Positions 1-8,879 of a DNA stretch of 44,162 bases are shown one piece after another; position 1 is the stretch's first letter, and each line of letters begins with the position of its first letter. The translations under genes and the position numbers were made by a program. This stretch comes from Spirochaetota bacterium (lineage in GTDB: Bacteria; Spirochaetota; UBA4802; UBA5550), in assembly GCA_050298055.1 (NCBI GenBank), contig JBNKTL010000044.1:1-44162 (forward strand), read 5' to 3'. A model generated the notes under the pieces. The model ran no database searches. It had not been told where the DNA came from and saw nothing but the letters and a program-made list of their open reading frames with translations.

Positions 1-513
1 GTCCGTACCCTGAAGATTGATAGAGCCGGGCCCCGCGGAATCAAGGAACATCATAAACGCCCCCTTGTCGGAAGTCAGGGGACACTGAAGAAAGGCGTCT
101 CCCGCGAAGAGGATAAGACCTATCCTGTCACCTTTAAGAGATTCGGCGATCCACCTCACCGCGTCCCTGGCCCTCTCCAGCCTGCTCGGTTTGATGTCCC
201 TTGCAAGCATGCTGTTACTCACATCAAGGGCCACAAGGACATCGGACCCCTCCTTCCGGACCTCCCGTACCCTCTCACCCCACCGGGGCCCCAGGAGGAG
301 CAGCGTTGCAACGATGACCGAGAAAAACAGGAGGGAAGATTTTATCCGCGCTACACTCCGCGAGCCCTGAATCATCTCTCCCAGTCCGCTGCCCCGGGAG
401 AGAGCGTCAAGTATCTTCCTCTTTCTCCAGAGATAGACCCCATGGAGGCCAAGGACGATCAACGCGGCGCCCAGGATAAAGGGGGTATACTGATAATAAG
501 TAAAAGAGATCAT
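1..513 (-). CDS. batB: BatB-like VWA-domain membrane protein (5' part, runs off the window edge)
   Basis: Not in the ORF track; translated by hand. ATG at 513-511 overlaps the batA TGA. Reads MISFTYYQY...GPRWG...GSDVLVALDVSNSMLARDIKPSRLERAR...DRIGLILFAGDAFLQCPLT, containing a MIDAS DxSxS motif. Confidence 0.85.
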   Translation of the reverse strand, partial: MISFTYYQYTPFILGAALIVLGLHGVYLWRKRKILDALSRGSGLGEMIQGSRSVARIKSSLLFFSVIVATLLLLGPRWGERVREVRKEGSDVLVALDVSNSMLARDIKPSRLERARDAVRWIAESLKGDRIGLILFAGDAFLQCPLTSDKGAFMMFLDSAGPGSINLQGTD

Positions 514-1454
514 GGGACCTTCCTGTATACGGCGAAGCGGAGAATTATCTCAAGGAAAAAGAGCCCTACGGCGGCAATGATAAAGATATAATACTTCCCG
601 TAAAACTCGTGGTAGACCCTGAGGTCAACATTGCTCTTTTCAAGGCGGTCGATGTCCTTTATCTTCTCCCAGAAAACCCCCGAAGAGCGGGCCCGGTAAT
701 ACCTGCCCCCGGTTATCTTCGATGCATCCTGGAGTGTTTTTTCATCGATGGGTATCTGCCTTCCGCTTCCGATGCCCACACTGTATATTTTAATCCCCAG
801 TTCCGCCGCGCTCTTTGAAGCGGTCTCCGGATCGATGATCCCGATATTGCTTCTGCCGTCGGTAATGAGAAGGATAATCCGGCTGGGGGCCTTGCTCTCC
901 ATCATCCTCGACGTGGAAAGGGCTATTGCGTCGCCGATTGCCGTCCCCCTGACCTCCACGGTCCTGAAATCTATTTCGTCAATGATATCGTTAAGCATGT
1001 TATGCTCCAGGGTCAGGGGGCACTGCAGGTAGGCGTCCCCCGCGTAGACAACAAGTCCGATCCTGTCGCTTTTCCTGTTGGCGATAAAGTCCCTCAGCAC
1101 CTTCTTTGCCACAGCGAGACGGTTTGGCTGGAAGTCATGGGCGCTCATTGATCCCGAGACGTCCAGGGCGACCATGATGTCGATCCCCAGGCTCTTTACA
1201 CTGGAATAGCGGATCCCCCTTCCCGGCTTCGCCGCGGCAATGATCAGAAGAAGGATCGCCAGGAACCGGAAGATGTCCAGGTACCTGTAACTCCGGGCCC
1301 TGAAGGAGCTTCTCTTCTTTATAATACTCTCCGAGGACACGGCTATGGCAGCCCCCCTTCGAAAGATCCTCTTCCAGAGGAAGATCCCCGTCATAGCCGC
1401 ATAGGGGAGAAGGAGAAAGAGAAAGAGGGGACTGTTAAACTCAAAGCTATCCAT
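510..1454 (-). CDS. batA: BatA-like VWA-domain protein
   Basis: N-terminal TM segments, DIMVALDVSGSM MIDAS motif, DRIGLVVYAG, GTAIGDA, LITDG, C-terminal TM; moxR/DUF58 context. Confidence 0.9.
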   Translation of the reverse strand: MDSFEFNSPLFLFLLLPYAAMTGIFLWKRIFRRGAAIAVSSESIIKKRSSFRARSYRYLDIFRFLAILLLIIAAAKPGRGIRYSSVKSLGIDIMVALDVSGSMSAHDFQPNRLAVAKKVLRDFIANRKSDRIGLVVYAGDAYLQCPLTLEHNMLNDIIDEIDFRTVEVRGTAIGDAIALSTSRMMESKAPSRIILLITDGRSNIGIIDPETASKSAAELGIKIYSVGIGSGRQIPIDEKTLQDASKITGGRYYRARSSGVFWEKIKDIDRLEKSNVDLRVYHEFYGKYYIFIIAAVGLFFLEIILRFAVYRKVP

Positions 1455-2478
1455 TATTTTTCTCTCCCCAGAGTTCCTCCGCCAGTTTCCTGGTCATGCC
1501 GCAGTTTTCCAGCAGCAGGTCTCCCGACGGGGTAAACTCCGCGAACTTGGAGAGGTCCCACATGGTGAAGCAGCGGGAAAAAGAGTCCCGGTACTTTCCG
1601 GAAATGTGCCGCGGAAGGATTTTCCCCACCCGGCTGTTGATCTCGTCCGATGTCATCTCCATTGCGTCGAAATCCAGGAGGGATGAGATATACCTCCGGA
1701 ATATTCCGGATATCCCCAGTACATACTCCTCGATTTTTCCTTCGCCGATAAGTTTCTCCGGATCGAGCTTCCGGAGCTCCCGGTGAAATATTTCCAGGGG
1801 CGGGACAACAATAACTTCTTCTTCCTTTCTCTTCCTGCGTGCCTTAATAAACTTTATAAGAAATATCAGAAGCGCCGTTGCCGCTGCCGCCGCAATTACA
1901 AGGATGATGACCCGGGTGTAGTTGCCCCCAAGTTCCAGGGGAGGCTCGTTCTCCTCCAGCTTTGCCTCACTGTTGACCGGCTTGACTTTCACCTCCGGGA
2001 CTTTATAGCCGATCCGTATCTTATCGGCGCCGAAGATCCCCACCTCGGGGAGCGTGTAACTCCCCGGCCTGTAGTAGGAAAGGGATATTTTTAATGTGAT
2101 ATATGTTACATCCCCCTCCGAACTGTCCTCCCTGGCGGCGCTGTGAATAATGTATACGGGGACGGCCTCCGCGGCGGGGTCTTTTTCATCTTCATTTTTT
2201 TTCCCGGGCCCGGTCTCCTTTTCGGGAAAGAGGACCTCCTTCTCCGGCCTTTTGACCTCTATTCCCCGGAGGTTCTTCCCGGCAATACTCACACTGTATT
2301 CAATGACCTCACCCACGGTTGCCTCCCCGGGGGTTGCCGTTGCCTTGATCTCCGGTATCCCCTCACTGCCATACACAAGACAGGGGAAAAGGATAACGAC
2401 CCGGAGAAAAAATCCTGCCAGGGAAAACGCCTGTTTGCTGATATCTGCTGCGGGTTTATACATAAAGGACTCCGTCAA
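1447..2478 (-). CDS. Bat-locus membrane protein (BatD/DUF4381-like); start uncertain
   Basis: Signal-like N-terminus, beta-rich domain, one TM (VIILVIAAAAATALLIFLI), C-terminal AMEMTSDE...KFA motif as in genes lying between DUF58 and batA. Confidence 0.7.
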   Translation of the reverse strand: MTESFMYKPAADISKQAFSLAGFFLRVVILFPCLVYGSEGIPEIKATATPGEATVGEVIEYSVSIAGKNLRGIEVKRPEKEVLFPEKETGPGKKNEDEKDPAAEAVPVYIIHSAAREDSSEGDVTYITLKISLSYYRPGSYTLPEVGIFGADKIRIGYKVPEVKVKPVNSEAKLEENEPPLELGGNYTRVIILVIAAAAATALLIFLIKFIKARRKRKEEEVIVVPPLEIFHRELRKLDPEKLIGEGKIEEYVLGISGIFRRYISSLLDFDAMEMTSDEINSRVGKILPRHISGKYRDSFSRCFTMWDLSKFAEFTPSGDLLLENCGMTRKLAEELWGEKNNG

Positions 2479-2494
2479 AAGGCCTGGCCGCGGG

Positions 2495-3340
2495 CTATAC
2501 GGATCTCACAAGCCGGGTTCTGTTTCTCCTTTCAAAGAATTTCAGAATGGGAATCTCGATGGGCTCCGCCGTATCGAGATAGATCGTGTTAAACTCGGAC
2601 AGGAAGGGGAAGTCCCCCTTATTATCCGGCACCGAATCGGAAAGAAAGACCTTCCCGGTCTCAAGGTCCACAAATTCGGTGAGACCGAAAAACCTGGTCT
2701 CCTTCTCAAGGGGATCGGAAACCTGTACGGGGATAATATCATGCTTCCTGCCGAGGATCCGTGTCTTCAGAAGAAAATTCTCCTTTCTCTCCAGGAAATC
2801 CGATATCATAAAGATGACACTTCTCTTTTTAAGAACACGCCTCAGAAAATCAACGGCCTCCGCCGTATGGGTACCCCTCCCCTCCGGCCTGAACTTGACG
2901 ATCTCGTCCAGCACCTTCAGGATAAACTTGCGCCCCTTCCGGGGTGTAATAAACTTCTCCACCCGGTCGGAGTAGAGGAGGACGGATATCCTGTCGCCGT
3001 TCATCTGCGCCAGGTAGAGGAAGAGGGTCACAAGTTCCAGAACAACCTCCCCCTTGCTCCTGCCGCTTCCGAACTCCAGGGAACCCGAGACATCCACCAT
3101 AAGGACAACGTTGAGCTCACGCTCCTCGATAAATTCCTTTACAAAGAGGTGGTTCATCCGCGACGAGACGTTCCAGTCGATGTTCCGGATATCATCCCCG
3201 TACTGGTATTCACGGACGTTGTCAAACTCCAGGCCAAATCCCTTAAAAGCTGAATGGTATTCGCCCACGAACATGGTGTTGAGTTTCCGGCCCATTTTCA
3301 GCTTGATCTTCTTCAGAAGCGCAAGTTCAACCGACTCCAA
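2495..3340 (-). CDS. DUF58 domain protein (MoxR-associated)
   Basis: GEYHSAFKGFGLEFDNVREYQYGDDIRNIDWNVSSR, VKEFIEERE, DVSGS, ISDF motifs. Confidence 0.92.
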   Translation of the reverse strand: MESVELALLKKIKLKMGRKLNTMFVGEYHSAFKGFGLEFDNVREYQYGDDIRNIDWNVSSRMNHLFVKEFIEERELNVVLMVDVSGSLEFGSGRSKGEVVLELVTLFLYLAQMNGDRISVLLYSDRVEKFITPRKGRKFILKVLDEIVKFRPEGRGTHTAEAVDFLRRVLKKRSVIFMISDFLERKENFLLKTRILGRKHDIIPVQVSDPLEKETRFFGLTEFVDLETGKVFLSDSVPDNKGDFPFLSEFNTIYLDTAEPIEIPILKFFERRNRTRLVRSV

Positions 3341-4324
3341 TCAGGGGACCTCCACCGAATCAAAGAGTGACTTCACAATATCATCGGCGCTCTTCCCGTC
3401 CGCTTCCGCCTCGTAGGAGAGGATAAGCCTGTGCCTCAGAACATCGGCGCCGATCTCCTTGATGTCATCGGGGACGACAAATCCCCTGCCCCTGATAAAC
3501 GCCATACACCGGGACGCCTTCATGAGGGCAATGGACGCCCGGGGACTTGCCCCGAACTCGATATACTTTTTCAATTCCTTCCGGGACGGTTTCCTTGTCA
3601 TATCAACAATTGAGACGATATAGTCGATAAGCTTTTCATCCATGTAGACGGATTCCACGATCTCAGACTTTTTGATAAGGTCTTCGGCGCTGATCACCGG
3701 GTTCAGGTTCTCCACCCGGATATCGGTGAACCGTGTAAGGATCTCACGCTCTTCATGGACCTCGGGGTAATCCACCAGCACCTTCATGAAGAACCGGTCA
3801 AGCTGCGCCTCGGGAAGGGGATATGTTCCCTCCTGCTCGATGGGGTTCTCGGTGGCCAGGACCATAAAAGGAGTGTTAAGATGGTGGGTATCATCGCCGA
3901 TGGTCACCTGCTTCTCCTCCATTGCCTGGAGCAGCGCGGACTGGACCTTGGCCGGGGCCCTGTTTATTTCATCTGCAAGGAGGATATTGGTAAACAGGGG
4001 GCCCTTCTTGGTAAAGAAGTCAAGGTCTTTCGGATTGTAGATCCGCGTCCCGATAAGGTCGGCGGGAAGGAGATCGGGGGTAAACTGCACCCTGCTGAAC
4101 CCGGTACCCACTACCCGGGCAAAGGACCTCACGGCAAGGGTCTTGGCCAGCCCCGGAAGGCCTTCAAGAAGGATATGACCGCCGGATATAAAAGTCACGA
4201 TTATTCTGTCTATAAGGGTCTCCTGCCCGATGATGACTTTGGAGAGCTCGGTTTTCAGCTCTTCAATAAAACCGTTTTCTGACTTTACCTTCTCAGTCAG
4301 TTTTTCAATTTCAGCATAATCCAT
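3341..4324 (-). CDS. moxR: MoxR-family AAA+ ATPase
   Basis: Walker A GLPGLAKT, RVQFTPDLLPADLIG, Walker B LLADEINRA, ATENPIEQEGTYPLPEAQLDRF, GASPRA. Confidence 0.95.
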   Translation of the reverse strand: MDYAEIEKLTEKVKSENGFIEELKTELSKVIIGQETLIDRIIVTFISGGHILLEGLPGLAKTLAVRSFARVVGTGFSRVQFTPDLLPADLIGTRIYNPKDLDFFTKKGPLFTNILLADEINRAPAKVQSALLQAMEEKQVTIGDDTHHLNTPFMVLATENPIEQEGTYPLPEAQLDRFFMKVLVDYPEVHEEREILTRFTDIRVENLNPVISAEDLIKKSEIVESVYMDEKLIDYIVSIVDMTRKPSRKELKKYIEFGASPRASIALMKASRCMAFIRGRGFVVPDDIKEIGADVLRHRLILSYEAEADGKSADDIVKSLFDSVEVP

Positions 4325-4537
4325 TTACAGCTCCGCCTCTTTATAAAGATATGAAATCATGTTTTTGATATTCAAAAAAATAAAGAATACCCGTTTGTCT
4401 ACAAGAAAATGAACAGCATTTATTTCCTCTTAAAAATTTTGTAGAGGGAGGGAAAATTTTGTTACAGCGGGTACCGAAGAAAAATCATTTTTTTTCCGGA
4501 ATATCTTTCCCGAATACGAAAAGAAGCGGGGCGGATA

Positions 4538-4873
4538 TTAAAACATCACCTTGATCTTGTACTCGCTGATCTCATCGGATACATTTAATTTTACGTTGAG
4601 AAAGAGGGTCTGTTCCAGCTCAAACTCAAAGTTCGAGACCCATTTTTTAAACTCTTTTTCGCCCACACTGTTTTTATCAATGAGGACATCCAGTTCATGG
4701 CGAAAGAGAAGTATCCTGTAGGAGAAGCGGGAACCGTCCGACAGGGTCATGGTAATATCAAACTTATCGGTCTTGTCCCGCCTGTCATGTGCCGCCTTCA
4801 GATCAACCTCCTTGTTGGCGCCGAATGTCTTGGAGATAATATCAATGACCTTCATGTAATCGATGCTGCTCAT
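4538..4873 (-). CDS. hypothetical protein (111 aa)
   Basis: Clean ORF with GGAAGG upstream; no family recognised. Confidence 0.7.
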   Translation of the reverse strand: MSSIDYMKVIDIISKTFGANKEVDLKAAHDRRDKTDKFDITMTLSDGSRFSYRILLFRHELDVLIDKNSVGEKEFKKWVSNFEFELEQTLFLNVKLNVSDEISEYKIKVMF

Positions 4874-4950
4874 GGTACCTTCCTGGTGTTTTATAAAATT
4901 TCACTATTAATTCATCAATATATTTTATAATATAACTGTATCAGGATTTG

Positions 4951-5223
4951 CCACAGAGGCACTGATACACAGAGAAAAAATAAAGTATTTTGAACCGCTA
5001 AGACGCAAAGAGCGCAAAGTTTATTTATCTTCAGAAATAAAGTCTTGTTCTCTCCAAAAGGCACCGTTGAAAAGATGTGTAAAAAGGGGGATAAGGGGAT
5101 AAAGAGGGGATGGGGATTTGTAAATTGTTTAAACTTTTCTCTCATCCCCTTATCTCCTCTATCTCCATATCTCCTCTATCTCCATATCCCTTTTCTTACA
5201 CTCTTTGCGCCTTTGCGGTTCAA
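4951..5223. repeat. nested inverted repeats built from short-period tandem units
   Basis: 8-mer triplet ccacagag/gcactgat/acacagag at 4951-4974. Outer IR ttgaaccgctaagacgcaaagag (4990-5012) vs ctctttgcgcctttgcggttcaa (5201-5223), 21/23. Inner purine tract 5077-5116 vs pyrimidine tract 5140-5201, which includes (tatctcctctatctcca)x2. Confidence 0.8.
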
Positions 5224-5256
5224 GACTTTTCTTTCTGAATTCATAATTAATTGTCC

Positions 5257-5985
5257 TTAACCATCTAACAGGGACGCCGAGTCCCTGTCCAGTACAAATA
5301 TGACTTCCCCTTTACCCTCGACGATACGACGGGCAGGGACCTCCCTGTTATTCTCCCCCAGGGCTTCCTTTATGGGACCGGCTTTCTCCCCTCCCGGCGC
5401 GAGCATGACAACTCTTTTCGATCTGTTTATCAGGGGAAAGGTGAAGGTGATCCTTTTCTGCAGGGGGGCCCCCGGTTCCACCTCCCTCACAAGCTTCTTT
5501 TTCTCATTCAGAGCGTCCGATCCGGGAAAGAGTGATGCCGTGTGCCCGTCCCCGCCTATGCCGAGAAGTACAAGGTCAAAGCAGGCTTCTTCGGCCTCCC
5601 GGGACCGGAAAAACTCCTTAATGGTTTTTTCATACTTTCCCGCGGCGGCTTTCAGAGATCCCTTCACCGGTACCGGGTATATGTTCTCAGAAGGGATTTC
5701 AATCTTGCCCGTCAGTTCTCTCTCTATCAGGGCAAAATTGCTCTCTTCATGATCAGGAGGGACAAACCTTTCATCAACCTGGAAGATATGAGTGTTCTTC
5801 CAGATATCCTTCCCTGCTGTTTTGACGATTTCCCTGAAAAGATGGACAGGTGTCCTTCCCCCGGAGAGGGCCAGGGCAAACCAGCCCTTGCGGGACACAG
5901 AGTCCCTGCATGATTCCAGCCAGTACTCCGCGGTAAACCTCACGGCGTTAGCAGCATTATCAAATGTCTTTACGATGTGTGCCAT
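5257..5985 (-). CDS. pgl: 6-phosphogluconolactonase
   Basis: ALSGGRTP, FQVDERFVPPDHEESN, DLVLLGIGGDGHTASLFP, RITFT motifs. Confidence 0.95.
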   Translation of the reverse strand: MAHIVKTFDNAANAVRFTAEYWLESCRDSVSRKGWFALALSGGRTPVHLFREIVKTAGKDIWKNTHIFQVDERFVPPDHEESNFALIERELTGKIEIPSENIYPVPVKGSLKAAAGKYEKTIKEFFRSREAEEACFDLVLLGIGGDGHTASLFPGSDALNEKKKLVREVEPGAPLQKRITFTFPLINRSKRVVMLAPGGEKAGPIKEALGENNREVPARRIVEGKGEVIFVLDRDSASLLDG

Positions 5986-5994
5986 GAAAAACCA

Positions 5995-6103
5995 CCTGTT
6001 TGTTAAAATATCAACAAGATGTCCCCGCCGCCTTCGGCGGCGGGGACATCTCAGTTATCTTTTTTATGAATATGATTATTCATATATTAAGCTTGAGTAA
6101 TTA
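5995..6103 (-). repeat. copy A of the ~135-bp palindromic dispersed element (one end truncated)
   Basis: Perfect 16-bp-arm hairpin at 6017-6051; the reverse complement of the flanks aligns with 33685-33793. Confidence 0.85.
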
Positions 6104-6160
6104 CCGGAATTATTAATTTGACGGCCCTATTGCGCAATAAAAAAATTGAGAAAAGGGATA

Positions 6161-7399
6161 TCACCCGGTGCCCCGGCAGAGATCCAGGGCATCGGTGTAC
6201 ACCCCTTCAACTCGTTCAAAGACGCTCTCCCATCTATACCTCCGGACAATCCCGGAAAGACCGGACATATCCGGGTCCGGTCTTTTCTCCGCTTCTTTTA
6301 TCTGGACCCTGAGAGCGTTCTCTATCCCCGCGGTAAACATCTCTTCATCATCCTTCAGGGGAACATCTACCTGTTCAAGCCGGGGGAGGTCCACCAGGCT
6401 GATATATTCGGATTTAAAGCTTCCGATGAGTTCCCTGAAACCGGGAAGCTTTGTGGCCACCACCCTGCATCCGCAGGCAAGGGCCTCCAGGACCACAAGG
6501 GGCAGGCCTTCAAAAAGCGAGGGAAGAATAAAAATATGTGAATTCTTCATGAGATCGGCAAGTTCCCTCTGGGGGAGGAGCCCCCTGAACCGGGTCCTGG
6601 CCCCCAGGTCCTTTCCCATGGCGATGATTTTCTTCTTCTCATCCCCGCTGCCGCTGCCGATCATATCAAGCTCCCAGGGCATGTCCGGAAGGCGGGAAAG
6701 GGCCTTCATCATCCAGGGAAGTCCCTTGGCGTTACTCAGCTTTCCCGCGTAGACGATCTTTACGGGAGGAGTCCCCGGCTTCTCCCCGGGAGTGAAAAGA
6801 CTGCCGCTGTATCCGGCCCCTGTAACAACGATCTTTTCCCTGCTGATCCCGTAGAGTGAGGCGATCTCCTCCTTCTGCGCGCCGCTCAGTGCCATGACCC
6901 TGTGGAGTTTTCTGCACGGTTCCTCTACGTAACTTCGAAGATGACTGCAGTTCCTGAACTGGCGGATATCCGATCCGTGACTGGTGGAGACAAGCGGTAT
7001 ACGGGGGAACTCCCCGCGGACAAGGGAGGTCACCATCCAGAGGTGATGGCTGTGGATGACATCCGGCTGAAACTCTTCAACGCACTCCCTGATCTTCTCC
7101 CTGAAAACCTCCCCGTAGAGTTCACGTTCTTCCCCGGTAAGGTCATAAAACCTTTTGCTGGGATAGGGCATGATATCGCTCATACCCGGAATTCTGAAAG
7201 GGAGATCACCCCCTTCAAACCTGATAAACGAGTAACTCTCTGTTCCGAGAATTTCCGGGTCCGGTTCAAAGTCCCGGGGGACCCCGGCAATGAGGTAGTT
7301 CTCGTGGCCCCGGGCGGCGGCATTTTTTATCATTGCGGTGACATAGATCCCGCTCCCGGTGGCTTCCGGTTTCTGGCTCAGGATGTGGAGAATTTTCAT
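6161..7399 (-). CDS. glycosyltransferase family 4
   Basis: PDVIHSHHLW, HGSD, YAGKLSNAKG, PSLFEGLPLVVLEALACG (EX7E motif). Confidence 0.92.
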   Translation of the reverse strand: MKILHILSQKPEATGSGIYVTAMIKNAAARGHENYLIAGVPRDFEPDPEILGTESYSFIRFEGGDLPFRIPGMSDIMPYPSKRFYDLTGEERELYGEVFREKIRECVEEFQPDVIHSHHLWMVTSLVRGEFPRIPLVSTSHGSDIRQFRNCSHLRSYVEEPCRKLHRVMALSGAQKEEIASLYGISREKIVVTGAGYSGSLFTPGEKPGTPPVKIVYAGKLSNAKGLPWMMKALSRLPDMPWELDMIGSGSGDEKKKIIAMGKDLGARTRFRGLLPQRELADLMKNSHIFILPSLFEGLPLVVLEALACGCRVVATKLPGFRELIGSFKSEYISLVDLPRLEQVDVPLKDDEEMFTAGIENALRVQIKEAEKRPDPDMSGLSGIVRRYRWESVFERVEGVYTDALDLCRGTG

Positions 7400-7550
7400 A
7401 TGAATAAATATTTATTCTTATAAAAATCTGAATACAACTTTTTTTACGAATTTATATTATTATCCGGCTGCGAAGACACAATAATTTCCCGTTAACAGTC
7501 AATTCAATAAAAAAACCATATATAATATTCAGCAGGATCTGCAAGTATTG

Positions 7551-8549
7551 TTAAATTCTTCTCCGGTACCTGTTTTTCTCCCAGATCCTCATCCACTCAT
7601 CCATTGAGACCCGTTCCAGGTTTCGCTCTCTCTTCTTCCCCCAGTGAACACCTTCGTATATCGTTCCGCCATCATGAATTGTTGTTTCATCGGTATACCT
7701 GCTGTCAAAAAAAAAGACGCCATTGCCGGTCAGTGTAAAAGTGACTTTTACTTCCACCTTTAATGAAAAGGGACTTCCGGTAGCTGACATAAAACCGCTT
7801 TCAATTTTCATTGACTGCTGAGTGTTTAAAATATGAGACTCTATCAGATCTGTTCTCTGGGGAAAGTCAATTTCACATATTGAATAAAAAGACCTGCTGT
7901 TCCTCACAGAACCATCACCCATATAGAGAGTGCATCTGCCATCCAGACTTAGCCTTACTGTAGCATCAAAGCTGCCTAATAATATTCCACCATAAATAAG
8001 GGAGATGACCGGTTTAAAGCAGTAATATCCTTCTTCTGTAAACTCAAGGTTCTGAAACTCAATTGAGCTTTCATGAACACATTCCGTGACAGTTCCCAGG
8101 CCATTTCCTTCAACTGCTCCCCCTGCCAGAGCTTTGTTTTCTCCGGCAATACCGGTAGCACTTGGATTTTCAGGGGAAAGGTCTCCCAATAAATGAGAAG
8201 TGATATTGGAATAATTATTGTTATAATCCGTATAGCAGCACACATAACGGGGAGTATTTTCTTCAAGCCATTCCAGAGTGTCCCATATATCCTCGGGAAT
8301 CCTCATAAAGGAGGGATGATGCGGAACATCTCCATACCTGTTCATTTCAATCTGACGGTTGCGGATATTTAGAAATTCATCCTTATTGGGAACGATCTTT
8401 TCGGGAAGAAAGTCCCTGAGTTTTTTCCGGTATTCCTTTTCATACTCACGCAGTTTTTTTACATCGCAGCCTTTTGCTTCCAGAAGCTGATCACTGAATT
8501 TCAGGTTAAGCTCTTTGAGCCTGTTATTCTTCTCTTTTCCCTTGTCCAT
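7551..8549 (-). CDS. hypothetical protein (charged helical N-terminus, beta-rich C-terminal part)
   Basis: Long ORF; start at 8549 preferred because GGAGG lies just upstream; no signal peptide seen. Confidence 0.7.
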   Translation of the reverse strand: MDKGKEKNNRLKELNLKFSDQLLEAKGCDVKKLREYEKEYRKKLRDFLPEKIVPNKDEFLNIRNRQIEMNRYGDVPHHPSFMRIPEDIWDTLEWLEENTPRYVCCYTDYNNNYSNITSHLLGDLSPENPSATGIAGENKALAGGAVEGNGLGTVTECVHESSIEFQNLEFTEEGYYCFKPVISLIYGGILLGSFDATVRLSLDGRCTLYMGDGSVRNSRSFYSICEIDFPQRTDLIESHILNTQQSMKIESGFMSATGSPFSLKVEVKVTFTLTGNGVFFFDSRYTDETTIHDGGTIYEGVHWGKKRERNLERVSMDEWMRIWEKNRYRRRI

Positions 8550-8879
8550 AATTTCCTCCATTAATAACTCTCTCCGGTTTTTTACTCATAAAGAGAGACA
8601 CCTCACCCACCGGTCCCCTGGGAAATAAAAAAGTCTTATCTTGATGTTGGAAGTTTTTTCTGTCAGGAGAAAGCTCTCCGGGTGGTAAGATTTTCCCTCT
8701 TTCACTGTCATAGCTATTAATCCTGCCGGTTAAAACTATAACATCACATCACCCCATAACGCTAGTTTAGTCTGACAATAATGTCAAGTGAAAAGTTGAT
8801 TTATTTCACGGGAAATATATTTTTCCACGGATTCCAGGCTGTTTTCACCCGGTCCGGGAATCCCGGCTTTGAATATTTG

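Noticed and set aside
2150..3253. 367-aa plus-strand ORF
   Set aside because: Antisense shadow of the DUF58 and adjacent Bat-locus genes; no recognisable motifs.
1..4324. moxR-DUF58-bat operon as a novel system
   Set aside because: Well-known gene arrangement with nothing unusual seen.
4915..5260. 76-aa and 71-aa ORFs
   Set aside because: They translate the repeat tracts (LCALCVLA, PLSPLSP) and are better explained as non-coding repeats.
6017..6066. Element hairpins as ordinary rho-independent terminators
   Set aside because: Near-identical 16-20 bp stems with shared flanks recur at unrelated loci, and copy C lies between divergent genes where no terminator is needed. A secondary terminator role is not excluded.
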